Shown here: positions 1 to 10,086 of the stretch, one piece after another
Layout of the letters: each line of letters begins with the position of its first letter
Numbering within the stretch: position 1 is the first letter of the stretch
Assembly (NCBI GenBank): GCA_963667785.2
Contig: CAXXMU010000002.1
Span: 64,001 to 128,000 of the forward strand
Source: Alphaproteobacteria bacterium
Lineage (GTDB): Bacteria > Pseudomonadota > Alphaproteobacteria > UBA828
Length of the DNA: 64,000 nt
Reading direction: 5' to 3'
Program-made: the position numbers and the translations under genes
Notes under the pieces: generated by a model
What the model was told of the DNA's origin: nothing
The model's input: the letters and a program-made list of their open reading frames with translations, nothing else
The model's database searches: none

Positions 1-376
1 GGTGGTGGGCGACGGTGGCGCTGAAGCCGACGAGCCGGTCGTGGAAGAAGATGGGCGTGAAGATGAACACGTCGGGGACGTGCTGCCCGCCGTGGTAGGG
101 GTCGTTGTTGATGTAGAAGTCGCCGGGCTCCAGCGTCTCTGGCGGATGGAGCTCGGCGCAGGGCCGGAAGGTGGTGCCGATGGGGCCGAGCTGCATCGCG
201 ATCAGCTCGGCCTGGCTGACGACGTTGCCCTTCGCATCGAGCAGCGCGGCCGAGCAGTCGTTCGCCTCGCGCACGATCGGCGAGTAGGCCGAGCGCACGA
301 GCTTGATCCCCATTTCCTTCGCGGCCGCGACCAGCGCCTGGGAGATGATCGCCTGGTCGACCCGGTCGAGCGCCAT
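1..376 (-). CDS. hydantoinase B/oxoprolinase family protein (5' part; runs off window)
   Basis: Reverse strand from ATG at 376 reads MALDRVDQAIISQALVAAAKEMGIKLVRSAYSPIVREANDCSAA...NNDPYHGGQHVPD, typical Hydantoinase_B motifs; lies directly downstream of the A subunit. Confidence 0.9.
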   Translation of the reverse strand, partial: MALDRVDQAIISQALVAAAKEMGIKLVRSAYSPIVREANDCSAALLDAKGNVVSQAELIAMQLGPIGTTFRPCAELHPPETLEPGDFYINNDPYHGGQHVPDVFIFTPIFFHDRLVGFSATVAHH

Positions 377-387
377 GGTCTCCCGCC

Positions 388-2409
388 TCAGTGCGTCAGG
401 ATGACATTGTTATGCGCGTCCATGCGCGCGCGCCAGCCCGGCGGCACGTAGGCGGTGGAGGTCTCGTCCGCGATGAGCAAGGGCCCGTCGCCCTCGCCCG
501 CCTCCATCAGCGCGCTGCGGTTGATGCGGCGGGCCGGCCGGCACGCGCCGCCGTCAAAGATCGTGACGTCGGCCGCATGCGGCGCGGCGTCGGTGTCGGC
601 GAGGCGGGGGACGGCCGGCGGCGGCGAAGCGATCCCCAGCCGGAAGGAGACGATCTCCGGGCGGTTGGTCCGCGAATCGTCGAACTCGAAGATCCGGTGG
701 TGCGCCTCGTTGAAGCGCTCGCGCAGCAGGCCGGCGTCGAGACCCGCGATCTCGTCGGCGTCGAGCGCGACCGGGACCTCGAAGGCCTGCCCCACGTAGC
801 GCATCTCGAGCGTGTGGGTGTAGCGCAGCCCGCCCGCGAGCCCGAGCGCCGCAAAGGCCGAGTCCGCGTCCTGCCGCATGGCGGCGAACTGCGCGCGCAC
901 GCGCGCCGCCGCGCCATCCTCGTCGATGGCGATGCGCACCGTGCGGCTCTCGTAGCGGACGAAGTCCGAGGCGACGAGGCCGAAGGCCGACAGCACGCCG
1001 GCCGCGGGCGGGACGACGATGGTCGAGATGCCGAGCACCTCGGCGACCCGTGCGGCATGCAGCGGGCCAGCGCCGCCGAAGGGCACGAGCACGTAGTCGC
1101 GCGGGTCGCGGCCGCGCTCCGTCGAGACGAGCTGGATCGCGCGCACGATGTTGTGCTCGGCGACCCGTATCGCGTCGTCCGCGACCTGCTCGACGCTGCG
1201 CTCGAAGTGGGCGGCCAGTGCGGCGAAGGCCTCGCGGGCGAGCGTGGGGTCGACGTCCATGCGCCCGCCGAGGAAGGTGTCGGCGAGCACGCTGCCGCGC
1301 ACGAGGTGGGCGTCGGTGATGGTGGGCTCGGCGCCGCCCCGCCGGTAGCAGGCGGGGCCGGGATCGGCGCCGGCCGAGCGCGGGCCGACCCGCATCATGC
1401 CGCCGTCGTCGCGCCAGACGATCGAGCCGCCGCCCGCGCCCACCGTCACGATGTCGAGCACGGGAATGCGGATGGGGAGGCCGTCGATCTCCGCGTCGCT
1501 GGTCAGCACCGGCGTCCCGTCCTGCACCAGGCAGACGTCGGTGCTCGTGCCCCCCATGTCGAAGGTGATGAGGTCGCGATGGCCCGAGCGCCCCGCCTGC
1601 CGGATCGCGCCCATCACGCCCGCCGCCGGTCCCGAGTAGAGCGCGGTGATGGCGTTGCCCGCCATGCCGCTCGCGGGCAGCCTGCCGCCGTTGGACTGCA
1701 TCAGGCTGAAGCGGCCGCCGAACCCCCGGTCGTCGAGGGCGCGTCCGAACTCGCCCAGGTAGCGGTCGATGACGGGCTGCACGTAGGCCGCGAGCGCGGT
1801 GGTGGACGCGCGCTCGTACTCGCGGAACTCGCGGGTCACGTCGCTCGAGCAGGTGATGCCCGTGCCGGGGAAGCGCTCCGCGACCAGCGCGGCCACCCGT
1901 CGCTCGTGGGCGGGGTTCGCGTAGCTGTTGAGGAGGCAGATCGCGACGGACTCGTAGCCGGCACCCTGCAGCGCCTGTGCGATGCGCTGCCGCGCGGCGG
2001 CGTCGTCCAGCGCGGCGACCACCTCGCCTTCGGGCCCGATGCGCTCCGGCACCTCGAAGGTGTCGCGGCGCGGCACCACCGGCTCGGGCTTCTGGTAGTG
2101 GATGTCGTAGATGGAGCGGCGGCTCTGCCGCTGCAGCGCGAGCAGGTCGCGGAAGCCCTCGGTCGCGAAGAACGCGACCCGCGCTCCCTTGCGCTCGAGC
2201 ACCGCGTTGGTGGCCACGGTCGAGCCGTGCACGAGGTCGCCGGCGCCCTCCAGCGCGAGGCCCGACTCGTCGAGCGCGGCGATGGCCCCGCGGTGGGGCT
2301 CCTGCGGCGTGCTCGGCACCTTGGTGATGCGCACGCCGTCCGCCTCGAACGCGACGAGATCGGTGAAGGTGCCGCCGACCTCGACCCCCACCCTGGTCGG
2401 TCCGCTCAT
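388..2409 (-). CDS. hydantoinase A/oxoprolinase family protein
   Basis: VGVEVGGTFTD, HGSTVATN, SGPAAG, DMGGTSTD, GAGGGS, GPRSAGADPGPACY motifs; start trimmed to MSGPTR. Confidence 0.93.
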   Translation of the reverse strand: MSGPTRVGVEVGGTFTDLVAFEADGVRITKVPSTPQEPHRGAIAALDESGLALEGAGDLVHGSTVATNAVLERKGARVAFFATEGFRDLLALQRQSRRSIYDIHYQKPEPVVPRRDTFEVPERIGPEGEVVAALDDAAARQRIAQALQGAGYESVAICLLNSYANPAHERRVAALVAERFPGTGITCSSDVTREFREYERASTTALAAYVQPVIDRYLGEFGRALDDRGFGGRFSLMQSNGGRLPASGMAGNAITALYSGPAAGVMGAIRQAGRSGHRDLITFDMGGTSTDVCLVQDGTPVLTSDAEIDGLPIRIPVLDIVTVGAGGGSIVWRDDGGMMRVGPRSAGADPGPACYRRGGAEPTITDAHLVRGSVLADTFLGGRMDVDPTLAREAFAALAAHFERSVEQVADDAIRVAEHNIVRAIQLVSTERGRDPRDYVLVPFGGAGPLHAARVAEVLGISTIVVPPAAGVLSAFGLVASDFVRYESRTVRIAIDEDGAAARVRAQFAAMRQDADSAFAALGLAGGLRYTHTLEMRYVGQAFEVPVALDADEIAGLDAGLLRERFNEAHHRIFEFDDSRTNRPEIVSFRLGIASPPPAVPRLADTDAAPHAADVTIFDGGACRPARRINRSALMEAGEGDGPLLIADETSTAYVPPGWRARMDAHNNVILTH

Positions 2410-2571
2410 GGGAATGGCCGTGCCTCTGGACGCTATGCGTCGGCCGGCACCCAGGGGGGAAGCGGCGAGCCGGCGGGGACTTCGACGCGAATGACGGGCA
2501 TCGGCGGGTCTCCTGCTGTCGTCGTCGACGGGTGGCGGGGCGCGAACCTCGGATGGACGGAAACGGGGGGC

Positions 2572-2614
2572 GGAAAAGGAAAGACCGACACGCCTCACCC
2601 GGGAATGTCGGTCT
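2572..2614 (-). terminator. intrinsic terminator downstream of tRNA-Met
   Basis: Inverted repeat AGACCGACA...TGTCGGTCT followed on the minus strand by TTCCTTTT. Confidence 0.6.
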
Positions 2615-2617
2615 CGG

Positions 2618-2693
2618 TGGTAGCGGGGGAGGGACTCGAACCCCCGACCCATGGATTATGATTCCACTGCTCTACCGACTGAGCTACCCCGCC
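2618..2693 (-). tRNA. tRNA-Met (CAT), probably elongator
   Basis: Reverse complement GGCGGGGTAGCTCAGTCGGTAGAGCAGTGGAATCATAATCCATGGGTCGGGGGTTCGAGTCCCTCCCCCGCTACCA, 76 nt, CAT anticodon, encoded CCA. Confidence 0.95.
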
Positions 2694-2712
2694 CCAGAGC
2701 CGGATGCGCATC

Positions 2713-2739
2713 GCTATACGCGCCCTCGCCGCCTGTCAA
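2713..2739 (-). promoter_or_regulatory. sigma70-type promoter of tRNA-Met
   Basis: TTGACA (-35) then TATAGC-like -10 just upstream of the tRNA. Confidence 0.6.
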
Positions 2740-2784
2740 GCGCAGGCTCCTTCCGCCGTCCGGGCGGGCTCCCTCGCCCGTCTG

Positions 2785-3621
2785 TTAGCCGCCCGACTTT
2801 CGACAGAGGATCTCGATCGGCACCGCGCGACGCTCCCTCAGCGCGCGGGCCGAGTTCGCCATCGCATCCTCGGCGAGCGCACCGTGGATCAGGGAGACGG
2901 CGCGGTGCAGCGGCTTTCCGCCGGCCTCGACCGCGGCGCGCGAGCGGGCGCCATAGGCGAGCGCCGCCTCCGTCGTCTCGCGCACGCTCTCGACGGCGAA
3001 GCCCGAGGCCGCGAGGTTCTCGCAGGTCTCGTCCCGGGACGTGAGAAAGCTCGACGCGGCGGTCCGCGCCCACGGCGTCGGGAAGTCCGGCTCGCCGCCG
3101 GGCCCCTGCGCCGCCTCTGACAGCATCAGCCAGGCGCCGGGCCTGAGCACGCGGTGGATCTCCCGATAGAGCGCGCCCTTGTCGGCGATGTTCATCGAGA
3201 CGTTCATCGAGTAGGCGCCGTCGAATTCGGCCTCGCCGTAGGGCATCGCCAGCGCATCGCCCTGCGAGATGGAGACCCGCTCCTCGAGCCCGAGCAGGGC
3301 CGTCAGGTGGCGCGCGACGTCGCAGAACTCGGCGGTCAGATCGATCCCGCTGACCCGGCAGCCGAAGCGACGGGCCATGTAGCGCGCGGGCCCGCCGAGG
3401 CCGCTGCCGATGTCGAGGATGTGATCGGACCCGGTGACGCTGAGCAGGCCGGCCATGTCCTCGGTCGCCTCCAGGCCGCGGCCGTGGAAGTGATCGTAGG
3501 GCGCCAGCGCGTCGAGGGTCGGCCGCCGAGGATCGATCCCGTCCTCCCGCAGCATCGCCTCGAGCCGCGTCAGCAGATCGCCGCTCGTGTAGTGGGCGGA
3601 AATATCGCGTGCATCACTCAC
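2785..3621 (-). CDS. class I SAM-dependent methyltransferase (sarcosine/dimethylglycine N-methyltransferase-like)
   Basis: DHFHGRG, ILDIGSGLGGPAR motif I, GIDLT, GDALAMP, RVLRPG; GTG start inferred. Confidence 0.85.
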   Translation of the reverse strand: MSDARDISAHYTSGDLLTRLEAMLREDGIDPRRPTLDALAPYDHFHGRGLEATEDMAGLLSVTGSDHILDIGSGLGGPARYMARRFGCRVSGIDLTAEFCDVARHLTALLGLEERVSISQGDALAMPYGEAEFDGAYSMNVSMNIADKGALYREIHRVLRPGAWLMLSEAAQGPGGEPDFPTPWARTAASSFLTSRDETCENLAASGFAVESVRETTEAALAYGARSRAAVEAGGKPLHRAVSLIHGALAEDAMANSARALRERRAVPIEILCRKSGG

Positions 3622-3787
3622 CGGCCAACCCCTTCCTGCGCGGCCGGCCGCGACGATAGCAGGCCCGGGCCGCCGCTCCCATGCTCGCACCCGGCCTCGC
3701 GCCCAGGCGGCGCCCGCTCGCGCCCGCCCCGCCGACCGCGCGGCTCGGCGCGTGCTAAGGTCCCGCAGCACGGGCATGGTGGGCGAG

Positions 3788-4726
3788 ATGGCGTCTGGCG
3801 GGGCGACGAGCGCGCAGGAACCGGGGACGCCGTCGCGGCGGCATCAGGTGGTGTCGTTCATCCTGCTCATCGTCTGCGGCGGCACCTTCGGGCTGATCTT
3901 CTCGGCCAACAAGATCGCCGTCACCGGCGGCATTCCCTTCTTCGCCTACGTCTTCTGGCAGACCCTCGGCGCGGGCCTCGTCCTGCTGCTGTTCGCCGCC
4001 GTGCGCGGCCGGCGCCCGCGCCTGGGCTGGCCCTACCTGCGGGCCTACTTCGTCATCGGCTTCTTCACCCTCGCCTTTCCCTTCGTTCTCCTGGCCTTCA
4101 TCGCTCCCAAGCTGCCGGCCGGGGTGATCAGCCTGGGCGGCACGCTCAGCCCGACGATCACCTACATCCTGGCGCTGGCGCTGGCGATGGATCGCTTCCG
4201 CTGGCTGCGGATCGCCGGCATCTCGCTCGGCCTCGCGGGCGTCCTGCTGGTGGTGCTGCCGGAGACCAGCCTGCCCGAGCCCGGCATGGCCGGCTGGGTG
4301 CTGCTCAGCCTGCTGGTGCCGGTCAGCTACGCCTCCGGCACGATCGCCGCCGCGCGGCTCGCGCCGGCCGACGGCGACTCGCTCACGATGGGCAGCGGGC
4401 TGCTCTTCGCCTCGGCGATCATGGTCTTCCCCTTCATGGCGGGCAGCGGGCAGTGGTGGTTCTTCTCCGGCCCGATGAGCGACAGCGACTGGGCGCAGAT
4501 CGGCGCCGTCCTGATCAACGCCGCGTTCTTCTATCTGCTGCTGGAGATCGTCAGGCGCGCCGGGCCGGTGTTCTTCTCGACCCAGAACTACGTCGCGACC
4601 CTGGCGGGAATCGGCTGGGGCATCCTGATCCTGGCGGAGAGCCACAGCGCCTACATCTGGGGCGCCCTGGCGCTGCTCTTCGCCGGGCTCTTCCTGGTGA
4701 CGCGCCGCGGCCCGCGCGCAACGTAG
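3788..4726 (+). CDS. DMT/EamA family transporter
   Basis: About 10 hydrophobic segments in two EamA repeats; GPVFFS motif; start uncertain (3776 or 3788). Confidence 0.88.
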   Translation: MASGGATSAQEPGTPSRRHQVVSFILLIVCGGTFGLIFSANKIAVTGGIPFFAYVFWQTLGAGLVLLLFAAVRGRRPRLGWPYLRAYFVIGFFTLAFPFVLLAFIAPKLPAGVISLGGTLSPTITYILALALAMDRFRWLRIAGISLGLAGVLLVVLPETSLPEPGMAGWVLLSLLVPVSYASGTIAAARLAPADGDSLTMGSGLLFASAIMVFPFMAGSGQWWFFSGPMSDSDWAQIGAVLINAAFFYLLLEIVRRAGPVFFSTQNYVATLAGIGWGILILAESHSAYIWGALALLFAGLFLVTRRGPRAT

Positions 4727-4839
4727 TCCGCCGGCGGTGCCCGCTTCCGACGTCCAGGGCCAGGGGGGCTAGCGGCAGTCCTCCGCCGGGGCGCCGCAGC
4801 CTTCCCTGACGATCAGCGCCGCCGCGGCCTGCCGGCCCA

Positions 4840-6366
4840 TCAGCGTTCCGGCACGCCCCCCTCGGCGACCCGGCGCGCCACGAAATCGTCGAGCTCCTCG
4901 GCGATGGCCGGGTCCAGCCGCGGTGGCTCGTAGTCGGCGAGCAGTTGCTTCCAGATCCTCGTCGCGCGATCCGAGGTCTCGACCGCGCCGTGGTCGCGCC
5001 AGTTCTCGAAGTTGCGCCAGTCCGAGAGCATCGGCCGGTAGAAGGCGGTCTCGTAGCGCGCCATCGTGTGGTTGCAGCCGAAGAAGTGCCCGCCGGGGCC
5101 GACCTCGGCGATGGCGTCGAGGCCCAGCTCCGCCTCGCTCGTTTCCAGGGGCTTCAGGAACTCCTGCATCATCTGGATCATCTCGGCGTCGAGGATGAAC
5201 TTCTCGTAGGAGGCGCAGAGCCCCCCTTCGAGCCAGCCGCACCCGTGGATGATGTAGTTGGCCTGGCCGAGCACGACCGGCCAGAGGGACATCTGCGCCT
5301 CGTAGGCGGCTTGCGCGTCGGCGGCGTTCGAGGCCGTCGCGTTCGAGGAGCGCCAGGGAAAGCTGTAGCGCCGCGCTAGCTGGCCGCTGGCGATGGCCGC
5401 CTTGGCGTATTCTGGCGTGCCGAAGGCGGGCGAGCCGCTCTTCATGTCCACGTTTGAGGTGAAGCTGCCGTAGACCGCCGGCGCGCCGGCGTTGACGCAT
5501 TGCGAGAAGACGATTCCCGCGAGCGCTTCGGCGTTCTGCAGCACCAGCGCGCCGGCGACGTTGACCGGCGCCATCGCGCCCGACAGCGTGAAGGGGGTGT
5601 AGACGACCGGCTGGTTCAGCTCGGCCATCACGATCGCCCCTTCCAGCAGCGCCTTGTCGTAGATCAGCGGCGAGTTGGAATTGACCACCGTGTGAATGGA
5701 CGGCTGGCTCAGCAGGTCCTCACGGCTGACGCCGCGCGCGATGCGCACGATCTCGATGGCGTCCGCCATGCGCTCGCCGCCGATCGCATAGCCGAACTGC
5801 GGCTTGTCGGTGAGGCGAACCGCCGCCGAGAGCGCGTGCAGATGGCGCGTCCGCACCTCAAGATCGCACGGCTCCACCGGATAGCCCGCCAACGCATGCA
5901 ACGCGTTGAGCGCGTGGCTCAGACGGATCAGGTTCTGGTAGTCCTCGAAGTTGCCGGTGATCCGGCCGCGCTCGCGGTCCGACACGTTCGGCGCCGATCC
6001 CACCGTGCCCCAGATCGCACTGTTGCCGCCGAATTCGAGATCGCGGTGGTTCGAGCGGCCGTGCAGGACGAAGCGCGACGGCACGGTCGCGAGCTTCTCC
6101 TCGACGAATGCGGGATCGAAGCGGACGCGCTTGCCGTCCTCGTCCACCGCTGCGCCTGCCTCGCGCAGGATCTCGACCGCGCGCGGGAGCTGGAACTCCA
6201 TGCCGTGGTCGCGCAGCACCCGCAACGAGGCGCGGTGTAGCGCCTCCACCTGATCGTCCGAAATCACCTTCATCGGGGCGTAGGGGTTGCGAACCTGCCC
6301 GAAGGGCGACTGCGCAACGGTGTCTCGAGCGGACGCTCTCCGTTCTCGGGCCCTGCCTCGTCTCAT
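4840..6366 (-). CDS. trimethylamine methyltransferase (MttB) family, non-pyrrolysine
   Basis: NSNSPL, TPFTLSGAMAP, QNAEALAG, SNVDMKSGSPAFGTPE, HGCGWLEGGL, VGPGGHFFG motifs; RBS GGAGGAGG; no in-frame TAG. Confidence 0.92.
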   Translation of the reverse strand: MRRGRARERRASARDTVAQSPFGQVRNPYAPMKVISDDQVEALHRASLRVLRDHGMEFQLPRAVEILREAGAAVDEDGKRVRFDPAFVEEKLATVPSRFVLHGRSNHRDLEFGGNSAIWGTVGSAPNVSDRERGRITGNFEDYQNLIRLSHALNALHALAGYPVEPCDLEVRTRHLHALSAAVRLTDKPQFGYAIGGERMADAIEIVRIARGVSREDLLSQPSIHTVVNSNSPLIYDKALLEGAIVMAELNQPVVYTPFTLSGAMAPVNVAGALVLQNAEALAGIVFSQCVNAGAPAVYGSFTSNVDMKSGSPAFGTPEYAKAAIASGQLARRYSFPWRSSNATASNAADAQAAYEAQMSLWPVVLGQANYIIHGCGWLEGGLCASYEKFILDAEMIQMMQEFLKPLETSEAELGLDAIAEVGPGGHFFGCNHTMARYETAFYRPMLSDWRNFENWRDHGAVETSDRATRIWKQLLADYEPPRLDPAIAEELDDFVARRVAEGGVPER

Positions 6367-6548
6367 GCATTCCTCCTCCAAGGCCTCCGGCGCACGAGCT
6401 ACCGTACGATGCTTCGGGTCCCCCCCGATATCGAAATCTGGCCTCTGTCGCATGTCGGAGGCCGATACTGGCAGCCCCGCAGGGTCGCGGTCGCAGCGTG
6501 CTAAAGTCCCACAGTGAACAGTGCGTCCGGCAGGCCGGGACAGCGACG

Positions 6549-7643
6549 ATGGGCACGAGCACGACCTTCCTGAACGAGCGCGCGTGGCGGTACTTCTGGC
6601 ACCCGGTGTGCACGGTCGCGGAGCTGCGGGCCGCGGCGGCAGACGGGAATCGGCCGCTCGCCGTGACCCTGCTCGGCGAGAGGCTGGCGGTGGCGGAGAT
6701 CGAGGGCCGCATCGCCGCGCTCAAGGACCGCTGCATCCACCGCTCGACGAAGCTCTCGGTGGGGCGCGTCGAGGCCGGCGGGCTGCGCTGCGCCTATCAC
6801 GGATGGCTCTACGGAGCAGACGGGCGCTGCCGCGAGATTCCCTCGATGCCCGACTACGCGATCCCCGACGACTGCAGGGTCGCGGCCCACGATGCGGCAA
6901 TCGAGTACGACCTGGTGTGGGTGCGGCTCGATGCCTCCCTCGATACTCGCATCCCCGGCTGCCCCGCCTTCGGCGATGCCGCGTTTCGCTGCGTGGCGGG
7001 CGAGCCCTACACGTGGCCCACGTCGGCGGCGCGCCGGCTGGAGAACTTCGTCGACCTCGCGCACTTTCCCTTCGTGCACGACGGCACGCTCGGCGACCGG
7101 CGCCAGCCGCTCGTTCCCATCGCCAAGGTCGACCGGCTCAATCGGGAGCTGCGCTTCCGGTTCGTGCCCTCGCCGGAGATGCAGCTCCCCGGCGTCGCGC
7201 TGATGGCGCCCACCGACTATCGCCTCTGGGTGCCGTTCACCGTCAATCTCGAGTTCTTCTTCCCGGACGGAGAGCGCAGCCAGCTCTGGATGTCCGCCTC
7301 CCCGGTGGAATCGGGCGCATGCCGCAGCTTCTGGTTCACCTGCCGGACGGCGGATCGGGACGGGGACGACCAACCGCACCTCGACTTCCAGGCCGTGGTG
7401 CTGAGCGAGGACCTGCCGGTGATCGAGGCGCAGGAGCCGCCCGAGATCCCGGCGCCTGCCGAGGAGTATTCGGTGCGCACCGACAAGGTCTCCATCGCCT
7501 ACCGCAGGTGGCTCAAGGAGCTCTCGAAGGCGGCCGACGAAGGCGCGGATGCGCTGGCCCGCTGCCTCGATTCCGTGCGCATCGAGTCCGACCGGACCTT
7601 CGACGACATGCCGGCCGCCGCGTCCGCTGCGGGCGCGGGCTAG
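6549..7643 (+). CDS. Rieske non-heme iron oxygenase (VanA/N- or O-demethylase-like)
   Basis: CxH...CxYH (DRCIHR, CAYHGW) Rieske site; ENFVDLAHFPFVH mononuclear iron site. Confidence 0.9.
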   Translation: MGTSTTFLNERAWRYFWHPVCTVAELRAAAADGNRPLAVTLLGERLAVAEIEGRIAALKDRCIHRSTKLSVGRVEAGGLRCAYHGWLYGADGRCREIPSMPDYAIPDDCRVAAHDAAIEYDLVWVRLDASLDTRIPGCPAFGDAAFRCVAGEPYTWPTSAARRLENFVDLAHFPFVHDGTLGDRRQPLVPIAKVDRLNRELRFRFVPSPEMQLPGVALMAPTDYRLWVPFTVNLEFFFPDGERSQLWMSASPVESGACRSFWFTCRTADRDGDDQPHLDFQAVVLSEDLPVIEAQEPPEIPAPAEEYSVRTDKVSIAYRRWLKELSKAADEGADALARCLDSVRIESDRTFDDMPAAASAAGAG

Positions 7644-7687
7644 CCCGCGGCGTCACGGCCGCTGGCACGGAAGGGAGACAACGGCGG

Positions 7688-8008
7688 ATGGGAGGAGTCG
7701 TCTACCACGTGGTCGGGCAGAGGGCCCGTCTCCGCGACGGCGACGTCACGTGCGTGGTCGTCGAGGGAAGGGAGATCGCGCTCTACAGGATCGGCGACGA
7801 GTTCTTCGCGACCGACGACGCCTGCACCCATGCCCACGGCTCGCTCTGCGAGGGATACCTGGAGGGCGAGGAGATCGAGTGTCCGCTTCACGCGGGCCGC
7901 TTCAACGTCCGCACCGGCGAAGCGACTTGCTCGCCGGCCACGGAGGCCCTCGCCACCTACGAGGTGAAACGCGACGGCGAGGACATCCTGATCGGCATTC
8001 CCGCGTGA
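7688..8008 (+). CDS. Rieske-type [2Fe-2S] ferredoxin
   Basis: CTHAHGSLCEG...ECPLHAGRF motif, 106 aa. Confidence 0.92.
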   Translation: MGGVVYHVVGQRARLRDGDVTCVVVEGREIALYRIGDEFFATDDACTHAHGSLCEGYLEGEEIECPLHAGRFNVRTGEATCSPATEALATYEVKRDGEDILIGIPA

Positions 8009-8070
8009 GCGTGCCTGCGGACCGGCCACCCGCCCACTGTCCGCATGGCCTCCTAACATACTGATCTGAT

Positions 8071-8117
8071 TGGTACGCCCGCCTGGACTCGAACCAGGGA
8101 CCCTCTGATTAAAAGTC
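8071..8117 (-). repeat. att site: 47-bp duplicate of tRNA-Lys 3' half
   Basis: TGGTACGCCCGCCTGGACTCGAACCAGGGACCCTCTGATTAAAAGTC identical to 27637-27683; diverges just beyond the anticodon loop. Confidence 0.95.
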
Positions 8118-8955
8118 TTGACATTTTCGTTTTGAATCAAGGGGTTTTCGCAGTTTCGAGCCATTTTTCTCCCACTGAATATCAATGGCTTATCGGCAAA
8201 CTGTAAAACACTTTTCATGGCTGATGGAAAGACGAGAGCGGGCCGGAACGACATGGCGGTAGATACTCTCGTTGGGGGCGCGTTCACGGTCCTCCGCGGT
8301 ATGTCGGATTCCAGCAAGCACTGACCCATAATCGGTCCACTCTACTTTGGTTTGCGCGCCAATGGCGGCGATCCCAGCACGATCGGCCTCAAGGCCAAGG
8401 CACCGGCCTCGAGACCCATCGCGGCGGGCTGGTACGGGAAGTTGCGGATGAATGAAACGGGTGTTTCGGGCGTGCTGACGACTGAGTGGCGTCGCCCCTA
8501 ACGAATGAGGCGCAAAGCACGGTGACTAAGACTAACAAAGGAAACTACAGGCTGGGCGCTCGAGAAGTGGGTGCTTGCGAAACGTGTGCTCATTCCTTGG
8601 TGGGTAAGCGTCTGGCGTAGATCCTTTGCCCGGAAACTGTGGCATAGTGGAGCCTGCCCTGGGGCCACGAAGAGCAGGGGAAACTGGGCGACCGTTTCGA
8701 CGTATCCGGTCGAACCGCGTTCGTCACAGGCGCGAGCCGGGGCCACGACGCAGCGATTTTGCGGCAGCTTGCTAGTTTGGCGTGTCAGTCCCAGAATTTG
8801 AACGGGACCACCCATTGGTATCGGGCATTTGCCAACAAGGCGGAGCCGAAGCGCTTTCTGGAAGCTCACTGGGCGAGAGCCATCCCGAAGCGCTTTGGCG
8901 AAGAAGGCCGACGATTCTCGCCCGCGGCCAAGAACTTCGGACGTGAGGGTCGACA

Positions 8956-10086
8956 ATGGTAGGCCGGTTGCAGCGAGCGATTGAAGCCGATGTTCAGTCC
9001 GGCCTCTATGACGGAGCCGCGACGATCGTTGCAGTCGGCGGCGAGATCGCGTTCAACGAGACGATCGGATACGCCGATCGCGCCAACGAGACGCCGCTCC
9101 GCCATGACAGCGTCTTTCCGGTGTTCTCGATTTCGAAGGCACTGACCGCCGTTGCCTTGCTGCAACGCGTCGAACGCGGGGAGGCCAGACTGGATACACC
9201 GGTCTGCGAGGTGATTCCCGAGTTCGGCGTGAAGGGGAAGGCGCGCGCGACGCTCGGGCAGCTTCTCTGTCACACGGCCGGCGTGGCGCCCGGCTTTCCG
9301 GCCGTCCCCGCAGACAAGCAGGGCGATCTCAAGGCGGTGGTTGCCGCCGTCTGCGCCACGCCCGCGGTTTCGGTGCCGGGAGAGGAGGCGAGCTATTCGC
9401 AGATCATGGCGCACGCCGTGGCGGCGGAGTGTGTCCGGAGACTGGACGGAAACGGGCTTCGCTTCCGCGATATCGTGACACGCGACATTTGCGCGCCGCT
9501 CGGCATGGTGGACACGAGCCTCGGCATGCGTGCGGATCTCGCGTCCCGCGGCATTGTCCCCCGCTGCACCGATCGCAGCCCCGGGCTGTTCGATCCGGAC
9601 GCCCTCGTCGCGGCGGCGCAGGACATCATGGACCCTGCGCTCGACCACGAAATGCCCGCTGCCGGCTTCGTCTCGACGCTGAACGACATCTTTGCATTTA
9701 CTGAGGCGCTCCGGTGCGGGGGACGGCGCGACGACGCGCGCGTGCTCTCCCCTGCCATGGTTGCGTTCGCGACCAGGGTTCATACCGGGACCATGGTCAA
9801 CACCCAGTGGCATTTCGCCCGCGAAATGAAGGGCTGGCCCGCGTTCCCGGCCAATCTCGGACTCGGCTTCTTCATCCGTGGCGAGGGCATGATCCCCACG
9901 TACTTCGGGCATCTGTCGAGCCCGGAAACGTTCGGTGCCTTCGGTGCCGGTTCGACCAACATGTGGGTCGATCCGACGCGGGATATGACCATGATCTGCC
10001 TCACGACCGGCATTCTGGAAGAGACGAACAGCGCCGCTCGCTTTCAGCGACTCTCGGACATCGCAATCGCCGAATTCTACGGCTGA
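8956..10086 (+). CDS. serine hydrolase, beta-lactamase/family VIII esterase fold
   Basis: SxxK (FSISK), LLCHTAG, PGEEASYS, PLGM motifs; no signal peptide. Confidence 0.88.
   Translation: MVGRLQRAIEADVQSGLYDGAATIVAVGGEIAFNETIGYADRANETPLRHDSVFPVFSISKALTAVALLQRVERGEARLDTPVCEVIPEFGVKGKARATLGQLLCHTAGVAPGFPAVPADKQGDLKAVVAAVCATPAVSVPGEEASYSQIMAHAVAAECVRRLDGNGLRFRDIVTRDICAPLGMVDTSLGMRADLASRGIVPRCTDRSPGLFDPDALVAAAQDIMDPALDHEMPAAGFVSTLNDIFAFTEALRCGGRRDDARVLSPAMVAFATRVHTGTMVNTQWHFAREMKGWPAFPANLGLGFFIRGEGMIPTYFGHLSSPETFGAFGAGSTNMWVDPTRDMTMICLTTGILEETNSAARFQRLSDIAIAEFYG

Noticed and set aside
4840-6366. Pyrrolysine recoding in MttB
   Set aside because: The ORF is uninterrupted and no pyl genes are visible
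8071-8117. Second tRNA-Lys gene
   Set aside because: Only the 3' half is present; D-arm and 5' acceptor strand are missing, so it is an att duplicate
8118-8950. Integrase or small CDSs at the island left end
   Set aside because: Short ORFs with atypical composition and no tyrosine or serine recombinase motifs
8956-10086. Bona fide beta-lactam resistance gene
   Set aside because: No signal peptide and no KTG triad; esterase-like members of the fold are more likely
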